Assembly (NCBI GenBank): GCA_965285935.1
Contig: OZ260664.1
Span: 67,518,001 to 67,582,000, forward strand
Source of the DNA: Ophelia neglecta
Lineage: Eukaryota
Direction: 5' to 3'
DNA length: 64,000 nt
Notes under the pieces: model-generated
What the model was told of the DNA's origin: nothing
Database searches by the model: none
What the model saw: only the letters and a program-made list of their open reading frames with translations
In this document: positions 53,038 through 64,000 of the stretch, one piece after another
How positions within the stretch are numbered: position 1 is the first letter of the stretch
How the letters are laid out: each line of letters begins with the position of its first letter
Made by a program: the position numbers and the translations under genes

Positions 53038-53774
53038 TACGGTGTGTCCCCTAAACAATGTAAATGCCCCCCCCCCCCATTTCAAAAGTGGCCGTGTGGG
53101 ATATTCTGTCGACTTGGATATGCGCTCCTGAAGGATTGCTGTTCACCGCTGCTCATCTGTCTTTGAGGTGAGCACAAGTACCGCGTTAAATACTTCAAAC
53201 AGTGATCGGTACATTGCTCATTGCCGCCAGTGTCTTACGTTAGATCCGTTTGTAACTCCTCTGCATCATTTGACAATCTGAAACAGTCTCTTGCGCCCTT
53301 CGGAGTCCGCACTATGTTAGGTCATCTATGGCAGCAAGAGGCAGGATTGCCCAGTTATACTGATTCTGCATTGCCAGGATTGATCAACAAGCTGTGCAGC
53401 ACGCCGCAGACCACAAACATAGTTGCATTTGCTAATCATCATTTATTTATGAACAATTATTTTATGGTTTCTTTCTCACGGTTGTCGTTTTTAGGCATTC
53501 TGGCATTCTTTGTTGCAATAAAAAGTGAGTTAAATTTGTGCTTTGTTTACGTTAAGTTAAAGAAATGTAGGGAAACAATTCCTTTGTTAGGGTTTTGGTA
53601 AACACATCAATATGACAGACTTTAAGATCCGTCATTTTTCACTCAACGAATACCGAAATGAAGCGATGCATGATTTCTTTATTGCCAGGCATTGTAACTA
53701 AAAGTAATGTGGTGATGTAGAGATACTGTAAATCTGGACGACCTTTAGGTGACCTTTTTGGGTGGCACCCTGTA
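53038..53774. mobile_element. Possible decayed Tc1/mariner-type non-autonomous element
   Basis: Left end TA-CGGTGTGTCCCCTAAACAA. The right end reverse-complements to TA-CAGGGTGCCACCCAAAAA. Both resemble CAG(G/T)GTG Tc1/mariner termini with TA TSD, but they match each other only loosely. Confidence 0.3.
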
Positions 53775-56700
53775 TAATTAAACTCCCACAAGCAACATTT
53801 GTAACAAAAAGCCACATGCACATAGCTGACACATACATTACTGCATTGGGGGCTTATTAATATCACATTTTAAACATTGACAGTTCCGTCCATACAATGA
53901 ATGTACTTTAACTGGAAGTTTTTCTTTTTCAAGTATTGTTGATTGTAAAACCTTGAGCTGTAGATCTAATACGCAAAACTTGTATAATTATTACAGCGAC
54001 ATTTGAAATGACACGCGCCACTAATTTATAGGACACCGAAACATTGCAAACGCCCTTTACAATAGCCTACCGCCTACTTTAATACATATTCAATTTATTG
54101 CTGTTATATGCGTTACTAATAAAACACTGTACAGCTAGTTTTCAATTTTATTCTGTATATCAACAGCATATACTGGTATATAAAGCTAATAGCTTTCAGT
54201 GTAGAATATAGATATAAGTTAATCGGCCTGGCGAATCAAATTTCGCCAGCTAGCACTATATAACGATGTTTGTTATAGTATAGGCTTACATTGCTTTAAG
54301 GTAGGTTAGTTTGCTTAGCAACGCTTTTTTCCAGTAGTTTTATTGACTCCGTACAATTATATGATTTAAGATGACACGTATAGTGACTAGACGGTGGTCA
54401 TGAAAATGTATTTATCTTTGTTAGAGTCATCACCTTGACAGAATATGTATAAAACTATTAGTTTTTACACATGTGTGTCATTGAAAGAGTACAAAGACTT
54501 CTTTGTCTAGTTACCGGTGCAGTACTAGCTTTCAGTGAAGGAGAATAATGCCATTTTCTTACCAATCATGTTCAATATTTCGCCAACTGTTACTGATATG
54601 AAAACACAGTTCACTGCATATTTTTAAAAGCTGTTCTGTCGAATGTTCACACAGTGAAAATGCTAACTGGATGAATGTTACATACTGATTGGTTTTTTTC
54701 TGAATTAAGAATGCAATAAGGATCCAATGTTAACGTTCCATTGGCGCAGGCTTAAACGGGAAATGTTTCGAATACCAAAACCTACAACGTTATTTTTGAA
54801 AATGTATTGATTTCCTTTCCCTTTCTACGAAACCATGCACTTGTTAGAGTTTTAAACCTACAGAAATAGGCATTTATTTTATTGCCCATGCATGTTATGT
54901 TAACTGTATGAGCTGTGGGTCCAAGGAAATCATAATAATTACTTTTAACGAATTCAATACGAGCACGAGGAGCAGCTAATGGCATATTTTTCTTGCTAAG
55001 TAGTAAGCCTTAGTAGTTAAATTATGAACCCTTTTAGATCCAGAATATATTTCTTTTATCAGTAAAAGTTATAGGCATGCATGTATGAGGCTTCACAGGA
55101 AAGAGCATGTCTTTTATACGGCTTCAGATATTTATAGTATGTGCCGCGGAACAGTTATTTCTCATTACACCCAGTCTTAAATGTCACACATAAATATAAG
55201 TGCCAACGTTAACGGCAGTAACCTCATCAAGAAACAACGTGAAACAAGCAGACAGAGTTAGCTGTTGGCGCTTGCCAAATATGGCGACGAGTTTTCACTT
55301 CAAATAGTATGTCTACATCATTACCTCAGCCAACATACGAAATCTGCCCAATCAACAACTAATAAGTTATACGTGTAAACTGTAAATTATGTGTAATCAG
55401 TAGGCCTATCACAGTATCATGGAAGCTGGCATAAAGTAGTAATTACGCTAACATCCGTTTCATGGAACATATATCATAACTGACTATGTTCAGGTAATGA
55501 TTTAATTTCCTTAAGGAAAATACAGGTACACCGGCAAAGCAACAAAAAATTGACACAACCGTGGCTATAGCATATTTATCTTAACGAGAAGCCAAGCGTT
55601 TAATATGTTTGAAAGGAAGAAAAGAAAAATTGATGTGAAATAATACATTTGTTTAGGAATGCATATATTGTGTGACATCTCCTGTCTATTAGGGGGTCAA
55701 TCAAGTGACATCTTTATAAAATGTCAACAAAATTATCAGGCCAAATAAGTTGTGTTTAGAGAAAACCGAAGGAGATAGGAGATATCTCCCAATTTTGAAA
55801 TAAATAATGAGCATGTTTCCCATAAATGGTGACATAGAAATAGTTCACATTTTATTGACCTCAATATCTAAGATTTTTTTCCCGCCTGCATAAACATCAT
55901 ATATACATATTATAACCCGGCCAAGAATGCAGCATAAACGAAAACTGCCTTTACAAACTTATATCTAAAGGCATATGAAACCTCCACTTGAGATGTACCC
56001 GTGTATGGACTTCTCCGCCTTAACTAACCAATATAAACAGATGAAGTGATGTTGCGATTATCGATCCCAAACAAGCAGTTGTGATTACCCAGCGTGTGGT
56101 TTTCTACGGTGGCTTAAGTTATATTCGCTTAAACCACATGCGCATGAATGTACATATAAAGGCGACCAAAGGTCAATCGGTTAAGTAAATTGTATCTCGT
56201 CAATTTAACCACAATGCTGGTTTTGTTTATGCAGACGACATCACGAGCCACGTGTTGTCGATAATAACAGGAGCGTATAGTTCTCACAGCGCACAATAGA
56301 GGGCTCATTTTGCCTTTCATTGTACATATAGAAAATGCTGAACAAATGTTGCATTTCTTTTAATAGTACTCTAATGTACTTTGAACCCCTAAAATAAAGA
56401 AAGACTTAAAGAAACACACACGTTGACTTACGAGCATTGCTTTACTATAAGAAACATACCAACAGGTATACTGTTAGCCCTGCTCCTGCTTGCATTCCAG
56501 GGTAGAGGAAAGTTAATATATTAATTGAAGACCACTATTTTTTTCTCGCAAGGCCTTAAATCCGCCTTTTATCGTAAAAGTACAAAAGAAGAGATGCCTG
56601 AAACACTGAGAGTCCCAGTTTTTCTCTCTCCAAATTTACAAATTTAGAACCAAACTTTTTTTTCTTCAAAATTGCCCCCTCCCCCTCTTCTCACACACAT

Positions 56701-58225
56701 ACACACCCTTGCCCGTTTCCTTATGGGACGTCGGACTCCTTAGAACACACACATAAAGTAAATAATTGTCACTTTATCTTATTATTGACAAAAAAGTGAA
56801 TTCCAATTGGAGGAAAATGGGGATGATATTGGCCATGACAAAACATATCCGTGTACATTCATGGCATGTCTGCATGTCTTTGTCCTTTTTGTGTTTAATC
56901 ACTCTAAGTTTTATATTTATACATAGGTTTAAACCCCATATAGACATATATAATTTAGTTGAACATAACCATCCATTCATATATGCAAACAAGCCCAACG
57001 GATTTTAATCTAATTTCATCATTCCGGTTTATTCTGTTTTATTGGAGTGTCCGCGGGCCAGAAAGCAAAGGATCCCGACGACACGATCATTATGTGGTTT
57101 GTTATTTTTTAAAATGGATTGTTTATTGGCCGAGTGCTACTGAAGCATAAACAGTTAAGCAATTTGGATCTTTTAAAAACGGGCGCAGTACGTATTTGGA
57201 GTTGTTGAACTAGGAATAAACGCTTCTACCTTTCTCACTTTGAATGGCTTTCGTTTGTACCCTCACCTTTAAATAAATACGAACCCTGTTTGACCTTATA
57301 GTCTTATATGAATTATAGGCCTAAAACCTTTGAACCGGATTTCACAGAAATGATTGCAATTTCTCAGCCGTCTCCGGTTTCATTTTTTCGGTACTACACT
57401 GTACTACTATTGATTCAAGCTGAATAAATATGTACGTCCTTGCTTTGGATGACACTTTCATCATATTATTCAAATGTAATTTCAAAGGTACGCTCCTAAT
57501 GGTAGACATTTCTTCACGTGCTGTCCTCAATGCGTACGTTATAGATGCCAAACAGCTGGCCTTTAAGCACAGCCTTGCATAATACTGGCATAACATCCAT
57601 GTATAACTAAGTTGAAGTAGCTTTCGGTGCCATGCTGTTGTCAATTAAGTAAACAAAACTGCAGTCTTGATTCCACAGTTTGTATTGGAGCATGCACCAA
57701 GGGATCTTTAGCTACAGGCATAACTGTTTGCATATATAGCCTATAACTACCTATTTGTGTACCGGGGAACAATTAAGTCGCTTTCTTACGCTCGCGGGAT
57801 GGGTACGCCAGACATTCGTGAATATAAGTTTCTGATATAGTGGGTTATACTACTGTAGTTCTAAGTAACACGTTTTCGACGAAACAGACTGTATTCAGGA
57901 CGATGCGTGTCTGTATTTAACTGCCTAATGGCAATAATGACTAACCTCATACATTAGTAACAGGTACATGCCACATGACACAGTTTAGGCTTTCAGTTAA
58001 TGAATGGTAAGGTGTACACTGGTACTCCAGACCAAGGCCCATTATTTTATTCAAGTAAACTGATTTGGTAATAGTTTGTACATGCTAGGCCTACTGGAGT
58101 CATTCCCCTTTGCCTACAAGAAGATGTCATGCAATTCCCTTGATGCTGCCTGAGAGCTAAATTGGATAATATCCTAATGAATGTTTCTCCAATATTTCAG
58201 AAATTTAAACGAAGCCCAATTGGAG

Positions 58226-58694
58226 ATGGGAAATAAGCAGTCCTCTCGCCGGAAGTCGGCAAACGATGTCCCCGATGGAAAGGCAAAGAAAGACAAACGC
58301 AGCAGAAACAAGAAAAATGGGGTCTCGGACGGAACAGTAGCTCGGAGGTCGACATCGGACATCGGAGGAGGCGCTATCTCTTACAGCAGGTACCAAGAGG
58401 AGCCGGAACTGGATATCAAACTGTATCGCTCTTATGGAAACTTGGCAACATCTAAGTTTGGAAGTATAAGAGAGCCTGATCCCCTCGTGGACGTTCGAGT
58501 ATACCGGAAGAGCGTGGGTGCATATCCCGGCAAGTCACAGACGCTCCCTCGTAGTTTTGGGCGAGCCAAGAGCGAACTTTCTGCCCTGCCCAATGGAACA
58601 TTGCCGCTTAGAGAGAAAAAGAGTCCCGGCTCCGTCGGAGGAAGTGATGACAGGGCCTCAAAACGCTCATCCACGTCCAGCTTGGGGCAGAGAG
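58226..58694 (+). CDS. Uncharacterised pentapeptide-repeat protein, first coding exon (MGNKQS myristoylation-type start, polybasic, Ser-rich disordered)
   Basis: Acceptor tgtttctccaatatttcAG at 58199-58200, gagATGg Kozak context, open frame of 156 codons with a GC rise over the flanks, donor AG|GTAAGA at 58695 (phase 1). Confidence 0.85.
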
Positions 58695-58832
58695 GTAAGA
58701 TATTTTCGAACTGTAAGGCTATCAGCTGTTACCCTGTACTCTAGCTATGCAAAGACGCATCAAATACCGCCACCAGGGGGAAATGCATAAAGTGTGTTTA
58801 ATTTGATTATATGTATGTATTTTTCTTTTCAG

Positions 58833-60365
58833 TTCAAGTTGCTTATGGGGATTTCCCTGCCACACGTGACATCATACGCAAACTGGGTCAATTCGAAGAC
58901 CATTTCGCACGTCTGCTGGTATCGAAATATCGAAAGATGCCGTACCTCGTACAGCTGTCCACTGTGACAATTGCGGTAAAACTGGCCAAAAAGGGGCACC
59001 AAACTATATCGCTCCATGACTACCTCGAAGAGCAATCTACTCCATTAGACCTGATGGAAGAGGCCGAAGAAGCGGAGGAATACGTGCTGAAAATTCCAAC
59101 TGCCCTCTTTCACGGTATCATGCACGTCCGCCGGGACAAGATAACTGACGCAGAGCTGTTCCAGTCTCTTGCACGTGATCTTGTTACCTGCGTTGCCGTT
59201 GAAGCCGCCAATGAGGTTTCTCGAGTGTTCGAGTACCAAATCTCACTACTCAACGAGGAGACATCCATCCGCCTGCTTGCTGATCACGCCGCTGATTGCA
59301 TCATGCAATATATTCAAGCCGGGAATAAACACTTGGACAGGAACACTGCAATTGTGGGAGTTGTTAAAGGTCGGGCTGATCCTAAAGGGTACCCGAAACT
59401 CATCTCGGTTATCATCGGTAACCGTGAACTTAAATGGGAACTGGACGACATTTTGAAACTACCGGCCCTGCGTAGGGAAATGCTATTGTTCACAGACGAC
59501 ATTGAGATTGACGATGACAATCCACCATGGGAATTTCAGTTCAACAACAAGTCTGACCCCATGCTATATGGCTATCGCGGGATGATCCTTGAGTGGGACT
59601 TCGTCAACAAGGTGTACCGCGTCTATAAACAAGAAGACAAGATGTACACGGAGGAAGTGACGTATCGCTATGACGACTTCCATCGGGAATATCTGCCCTA
59701 TCGGCGTCTGCTCGGCTCTGATGTAATGGAGAGCTACTGTCAAGCCAAGACGAGCAAAAAAAGTAACATTTCCTTGACAGAGTATCTCCAGGGGGCGGTA
59801 GGTGGCACTTTCAGCCGAGATGAGATTCAGCCTGTGTACAGGCCACTGGCTCCCGCCGCCACGGCTATGAACTTTGACAACGCTGTCCTAGATGATGTTG
59901 ACCTGACCCGAATGCAACTGGACAGAGCGGACCTGCGGCGTGCCAGTGTCCGAAACACCAAGCTGATGCTGGCAGACGCCTCCGAGTCCAACATGGAGAA
60001 AACGCCAATTAAGGGGGCCGACATATCGTACAGCAACATAGAAGGTGCTAATCTGGACCCGGACAGGCTGGAAGGAGTTACTGTCAAACACGTATCTATG
60101 TCAGAAAAATACGAACCTGTAGCTAAACGCCTTTTCTCAGAGGATGATGACAAATATAAAGGTAGTGAAGAAATAGGCTTTAACTGGCATCAAGACGAAA
60201 CAGATGGTAGTGAAATGGGCTCAAAACAACAAAACAGAGATGAGGTGCTAGCTCAGCCTCTAGAGGTGAACGTGGTCAACGGAGAAAAGAAGACAAAGAA
60301 AAGAAAGAAGCGCCGTTCACGAATAGTCAGCGATAAAGAAGGACACATCGTCAGTGTCGATCAAG
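58833..60365 (+). CDS. Uncharacterised pentapeptide-repeat protein, large exon (unknown globular domain + 16 pentapeptide repeats + acidic/basic region)
   Basis: Within the 523-aa ORF 58811..60382. Acceptor tttttcttttcAG at 58831-58832 is phase 1, matching the previous exon (138-bp intron). Repeats MNFDN AVLDD VDLTR MQLDR ADLRR ASVRN ... ADISY SNIEG ANLDP lie at 59867-60106. Donor CAAG|GTGGGT at 60366 (phase 1). Confidence 0.9.
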
Positions 60366-61105
60366 GTGGGTACATATTGTGATTAATTATTAAAAACAAA
60401 TGTATATCGTACAACATATTCCTTCTAAAACGCAGGGCCCACTCTTTAAATTGTATATGTATTCAAATCGCACGAAAACAAGACGTTTCAGGTCAGAAGC
60501 TAGCGCCATATGAACGAGCAGCAGTGTATTGACTAAAAAGTTTTACTTTTGGTTATCACTCTAAGGATTAACCATAATTACCCTTTTCATTCTTTCCAAC
60601 TTAATCTATTAGTAATTTTTTGTCATCCGTCTCAACCGAATATTTAGTCAATCGTGCTGTTGGCCATGATAAATGACATTGAAAATCCAAGTTCGATTTT
60701 TATTTATATTTTATAATACTATTGCTAGAACCCCAAGGCTAGAATAGAGCATTATTGTAATTTGACTATTATCTGTATATAGGTTTAGTTTTTAAACAAA
60801 CAACTGCCGTGAAGCATTACTTTTAACAGGCCTAGAATTAACCATTGACAACATAATTTTAAACCATTATGAATCATATCTAGTGGCCTACTTACAAATT
60901 CATGTGCTAAAAATGAAAAGTCATATAGCACACGGAAAGTTGGCCCAAAGCTGTTTCGTACAAAATGTAAATAGGCGTGTCAGACGGTAGCTAGGCTGTT
61001 ATTACTTACCAGGTCAACTGAATAAACCAGTTAATTGGAACCAGAAACATCACACCTCAAGCTCACACAGGGGGAATGCAATTTCTGACCCTGCTGGGTG
61101 TACTG

Positions 61106-61305
61106 GCGGGAGGGGCCGGAGGGTGGAGGGGGGGGGGTCGACGTAGGGAATGTTTGAGCCGTGTGGGGTTAAGACGATATACTCTGTACTCGTAGTAATA
61201 GTGCGGGAGGGGCCGGAGGGTGGAGGGGGGGGGGGGGGGTCGACGTAGGGAATGTTTGAGCCTGTGGGGTTAAGACGATACACTCTGTACTCGTAGTAAT
61301 AGTGC
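61106..61305. repeat. Tandem duplication of a ~100-bp G-rich unit (2 copies), intronic
   Basis: gcgggaggggccggagggtgga(G)n-tcgacgtagggaatgtttgagcc...gtagtaatagt repeats at 61106 and 61203. The copies differ in G-run length, a 1-nt indel and 1 substitution. Confidence 0.95.
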
Positions 61306-63602
61306 CCTGGGGCATTCTAGTATATGCCTTGCATATCTGTGCGATCGAGGTTGAGCAGCAGGTGATGATTATTACAACTCACTAAAGGCCCTAGCTCAAA
61401 TATGCTTGAATTACATTTTATTGAAAACGCGTCTTGCATTGGCCAACACTATATTCCTGACTGTCATCTTACTAGTTGCAAACTGTGTTTGACCTCCGAG
61501 CCTTGACTCAGTCAGACCTCGGAAAGACGATCCAACTTCAGACAACTCACTTGAGATGTGTGTAGGATCAGTAATCGTTTGGTGGCTGACACATGGTCGT
61601 GTGTGCTTGTTTATATTAGTCGGGATGTTGGACTACCAATTGTTATGACGTTGAGCGTATTTTAGTTTTAATGGAAAAGTTAGTTTTGGGGCTGGCGTAT
61701 GAAGATAACAGAATTTAGCCTATTGAATAGGTCTACTGTAAGTAAAACAACAACATTTGGCCTGCTAATTGGCCTAATGTTGAAGCAATAGTAATACACC
61801 TAGGTCAGATTAGTTCAGAAAGATTTTGCAATAAACGCCGAAAGGGAATGTCATTTTTGTAGTGGCGATTTAGCAAACTTTGTAGATATAAAAGGCGTCA
61901 CTAAAATTGTGAATTTCTGAAGTAAATATACAACTTTGCTCCGCATTCCTGAACTATGGATAACAATTCTTAAACATTGTATTAGGCCCCCCCCCCCCTA
62001 TATACAATTCAAAGAGTAGTGTCATGTTAATGCCTATATGTGTGTGTACCGGCACCTCAGTAGTATGTTGTAATGCAGAGAGACGCAGCAGTACTGATTA
62101 ATATATCTGAGCAGAGTAGTCGTTCTACTCGCTCCTTCCCGAAAGTTGCAAGAATTTATCAATGTTACTATTTTTCGCCTATACATGCAAAGTTAATGCA
62201 ACTAAAACCTATTGTCATGGAGATTCGCAAGTTACATACAAAAGTCCGAACTATGATATCAATATATAGCCTATTATAGCGCCAAGAAGATATTTTATTT
62301 TGAATGGTTGACGTTAGAAGCATTTTCAGTGGGATCAATATTGTTCATCTTTCTTTCGCAGCCGACATTAATTTGAGAAAAGAGCAACTGCTAAGAACAT
62401 ATACTTAGAGTTGGCTTTCAACGAGTGCCATCATGCATATGTGATGTGGCAAAGGCCTTGGCCACGTGATAACAATTTGTCGTGGAAACTATTCACGATC
62501 ATTGGGTTTGAGTTTCCTAGCTCAATCACATACCAGATGAAAATTGGGCGCCTTTTCTTTACTCCAAAGCGGGCCCACGCCTCCGCCCGGGGAGTTAAAT
62601 GAAATCCAGGTTTTAGACCATGAGAAGGAGAGAGGATTGATATAACTTAGTGTGAACATGTGCTTAGAAAGGACAACCATGGCCAACTTCACTTTGTAGC
62701 GGAGTACCCCGCGGAGTGGTACAGCGTAACACCATTTTGTAAACTACTCTAGCAGGCCCTATCTTGGCATACAAAAAGAAGTCTTCGTTAAATGGTCTCC
62801 CTAGTTAAGCACGATGGATTACGTATATTTATTTAGGAATAAATACAACATATGCAGAATATGAACATGAGACGTTGAAAAGAAGATACTAAGGAACACC
62901 TGTAATATTTACTGGTATATGCTTCTATATACGTGTGTTTGTAGAAAGGTGGAGGGGCATCACGGTGCTGTTGTCAACACGCATATATGTGCACTATATA
63001 ACTAGAGGTTTACGGATTCACACTGGCACTCATTGATCATTAGCAGATCGAGTTTTTTTTGGATCTTGCTTGTGGACAGGAGAGAAAAGAGTGTTTGATG
63101 ATAACTCAAATAACTGACTTCTGGAATATGGCGACTTGTTAAGTTCTATACCCTTTTCTTTAATTATGTGGGCTGCATTGAATGAAAGGTAGTAAAAACC
63201 GTGCACCATTTTGAACGGAACACACACTGTACGTTGTGCTGTTGTTTCAACGGGATCGAATTCTAAGAGAGTTAGGCGTAGGACGATAACAAGGGATGAT
63301 TATCATCTTTTTTTCAGCAGAGGTTGAAATTGTAGTGGGCTATGTGATTTATTTGATAGATACGGCGTGGGAAGAAAGAAACAATAATTAGGTTTAGATA
63401 GCATACATATTCTGCAAGTCCTTGTTGTGCTGTTATTATCGAGAAAAATAGACTTTTACCATCGAGTAAAGAGAAAAAAGTTAAGGAATGCAAGACTTGG
63501 ATGTATATCGGTATTGAGGTTTTCATCGTGCATGTGCATTGTGTGACCATTTTCTTTGCGTAGTGGCGGACTAATTTTGAATTTGATTATTTTTGTTTAC
63601 AG

Positions 63603-64000
63603 TAATTGAACAAAAGCAAAAAGACATCGCTGAAGGGAAGGAGAAGGAGCCTGAGCCGGAAGTGATCATAGAAACCCCCAGTCCCACGATTATATTTCAG
63701 CAGGTCCCAGGCAAAAGCTCAGAACGGCCAGTCCAACTGAGAAAAAAGAAGAAGCGTTTGAACACTAGTTTCACAAGCGATGTAGGTCCAGCAAGCGAAA
63801 GAAATGAAGAAACAACCTTGCACAATACAAGTTTGGACGCGAATCTTGTGAAAAGGACTGCCAGCGCGAGCCAGGCTAGGGGGTCACCGCCAGGCAGAGT
63901 GAACGTAGAGGTGATCGAAAGGCCTGCTAGTGCTACCCCAGTCCAGAGTCAACCTTTTCCCAAGTCCTCTCCAGGGAGTAGCCACCAGGCTAAGGCTTTC
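63603..64000 (+). CDS. Uncharacterised pentapeptide-repeat protein, next exon (disordered Ser/Pro-rich, RKKKKR); runs off the window
   Basis: Acceptor tatttttgtttacAG at 63601-63602, phase 1 matching the donor at 60366. 132 uninterrupted codons IEQKQKDIAEGKEKEPEPEVIIETPSP...QAKAF run to the window end. Not in the ORF track because there is no stop in the window. Confidence 0.82.

Noticed and set aside
54228-54253. Helitron 3' end (CTGGCGAA/TTCGCCAG hairpin followed by CTAG)
   Set aside because: CTAG abuts the hairpin rather than lying ~10 nt downstream, and no other Helitron evidence was found.
58811-58832. ATG at 58811 as the start of an intronless 523-aa protein
   Set aside because: These bases are the polypyrimidine tract and acceptor (MYVFFFS), and the phase matches splicing from 58694.
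58174-60153. Minus-strand and alternate-frame ORFs overlapping the pentapeptide gene
   Set aside because: Shadow ORFs of a GC-richer coding region.

Overview
This is eukaryotic (metazoan, probably marine invertebrate) genomic DNA. It is AT-rich with GT-AG introns and shows no prokaryotic features, CRISPR arrays or recognisable tRNA/rRNA. Two protein-coding genes are supported, both on the + strand and both cut by the window edges. (1) The last four coding exons of phenylalanine-4-hydroxylase (PAH) lie at 410-505, 782-915, 1820-1935 and 2667-2725. The three internal exons are 96/134/116 nt, matching vertebrate PAH exons 10-12, and a likely polyA signal sits at 3750. (2) An uncharacterised gene has coding exons at 58226-58694, 58833-60365 and 63603->64000, joined by phase-1 introns. 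Its product starts with an MGNKQS myristoylation-type motif and a polybasic patch. It then has a ~345-aa globular domain I cannot name, 16 tandem pentapeptide repeats (rare in animals), polybasic clusters and a disordered tail. The ~54 kb between the genes has no convincing long ORF. It holds decayed LINE and DNA-transposon relics, MITE-like elements, a near-perfect 15x28-bp tandem array, a 74-bp nested palindrome and candidate non-coding exons. It also shows a strong excess of short TA-flanked words (TAGGCCTA, TAGGCTA/TAGCCTA, TACATGTA) that look like transposon excision footprints. The pentapeptide-repeat gene is the best candidate for something undescribed.
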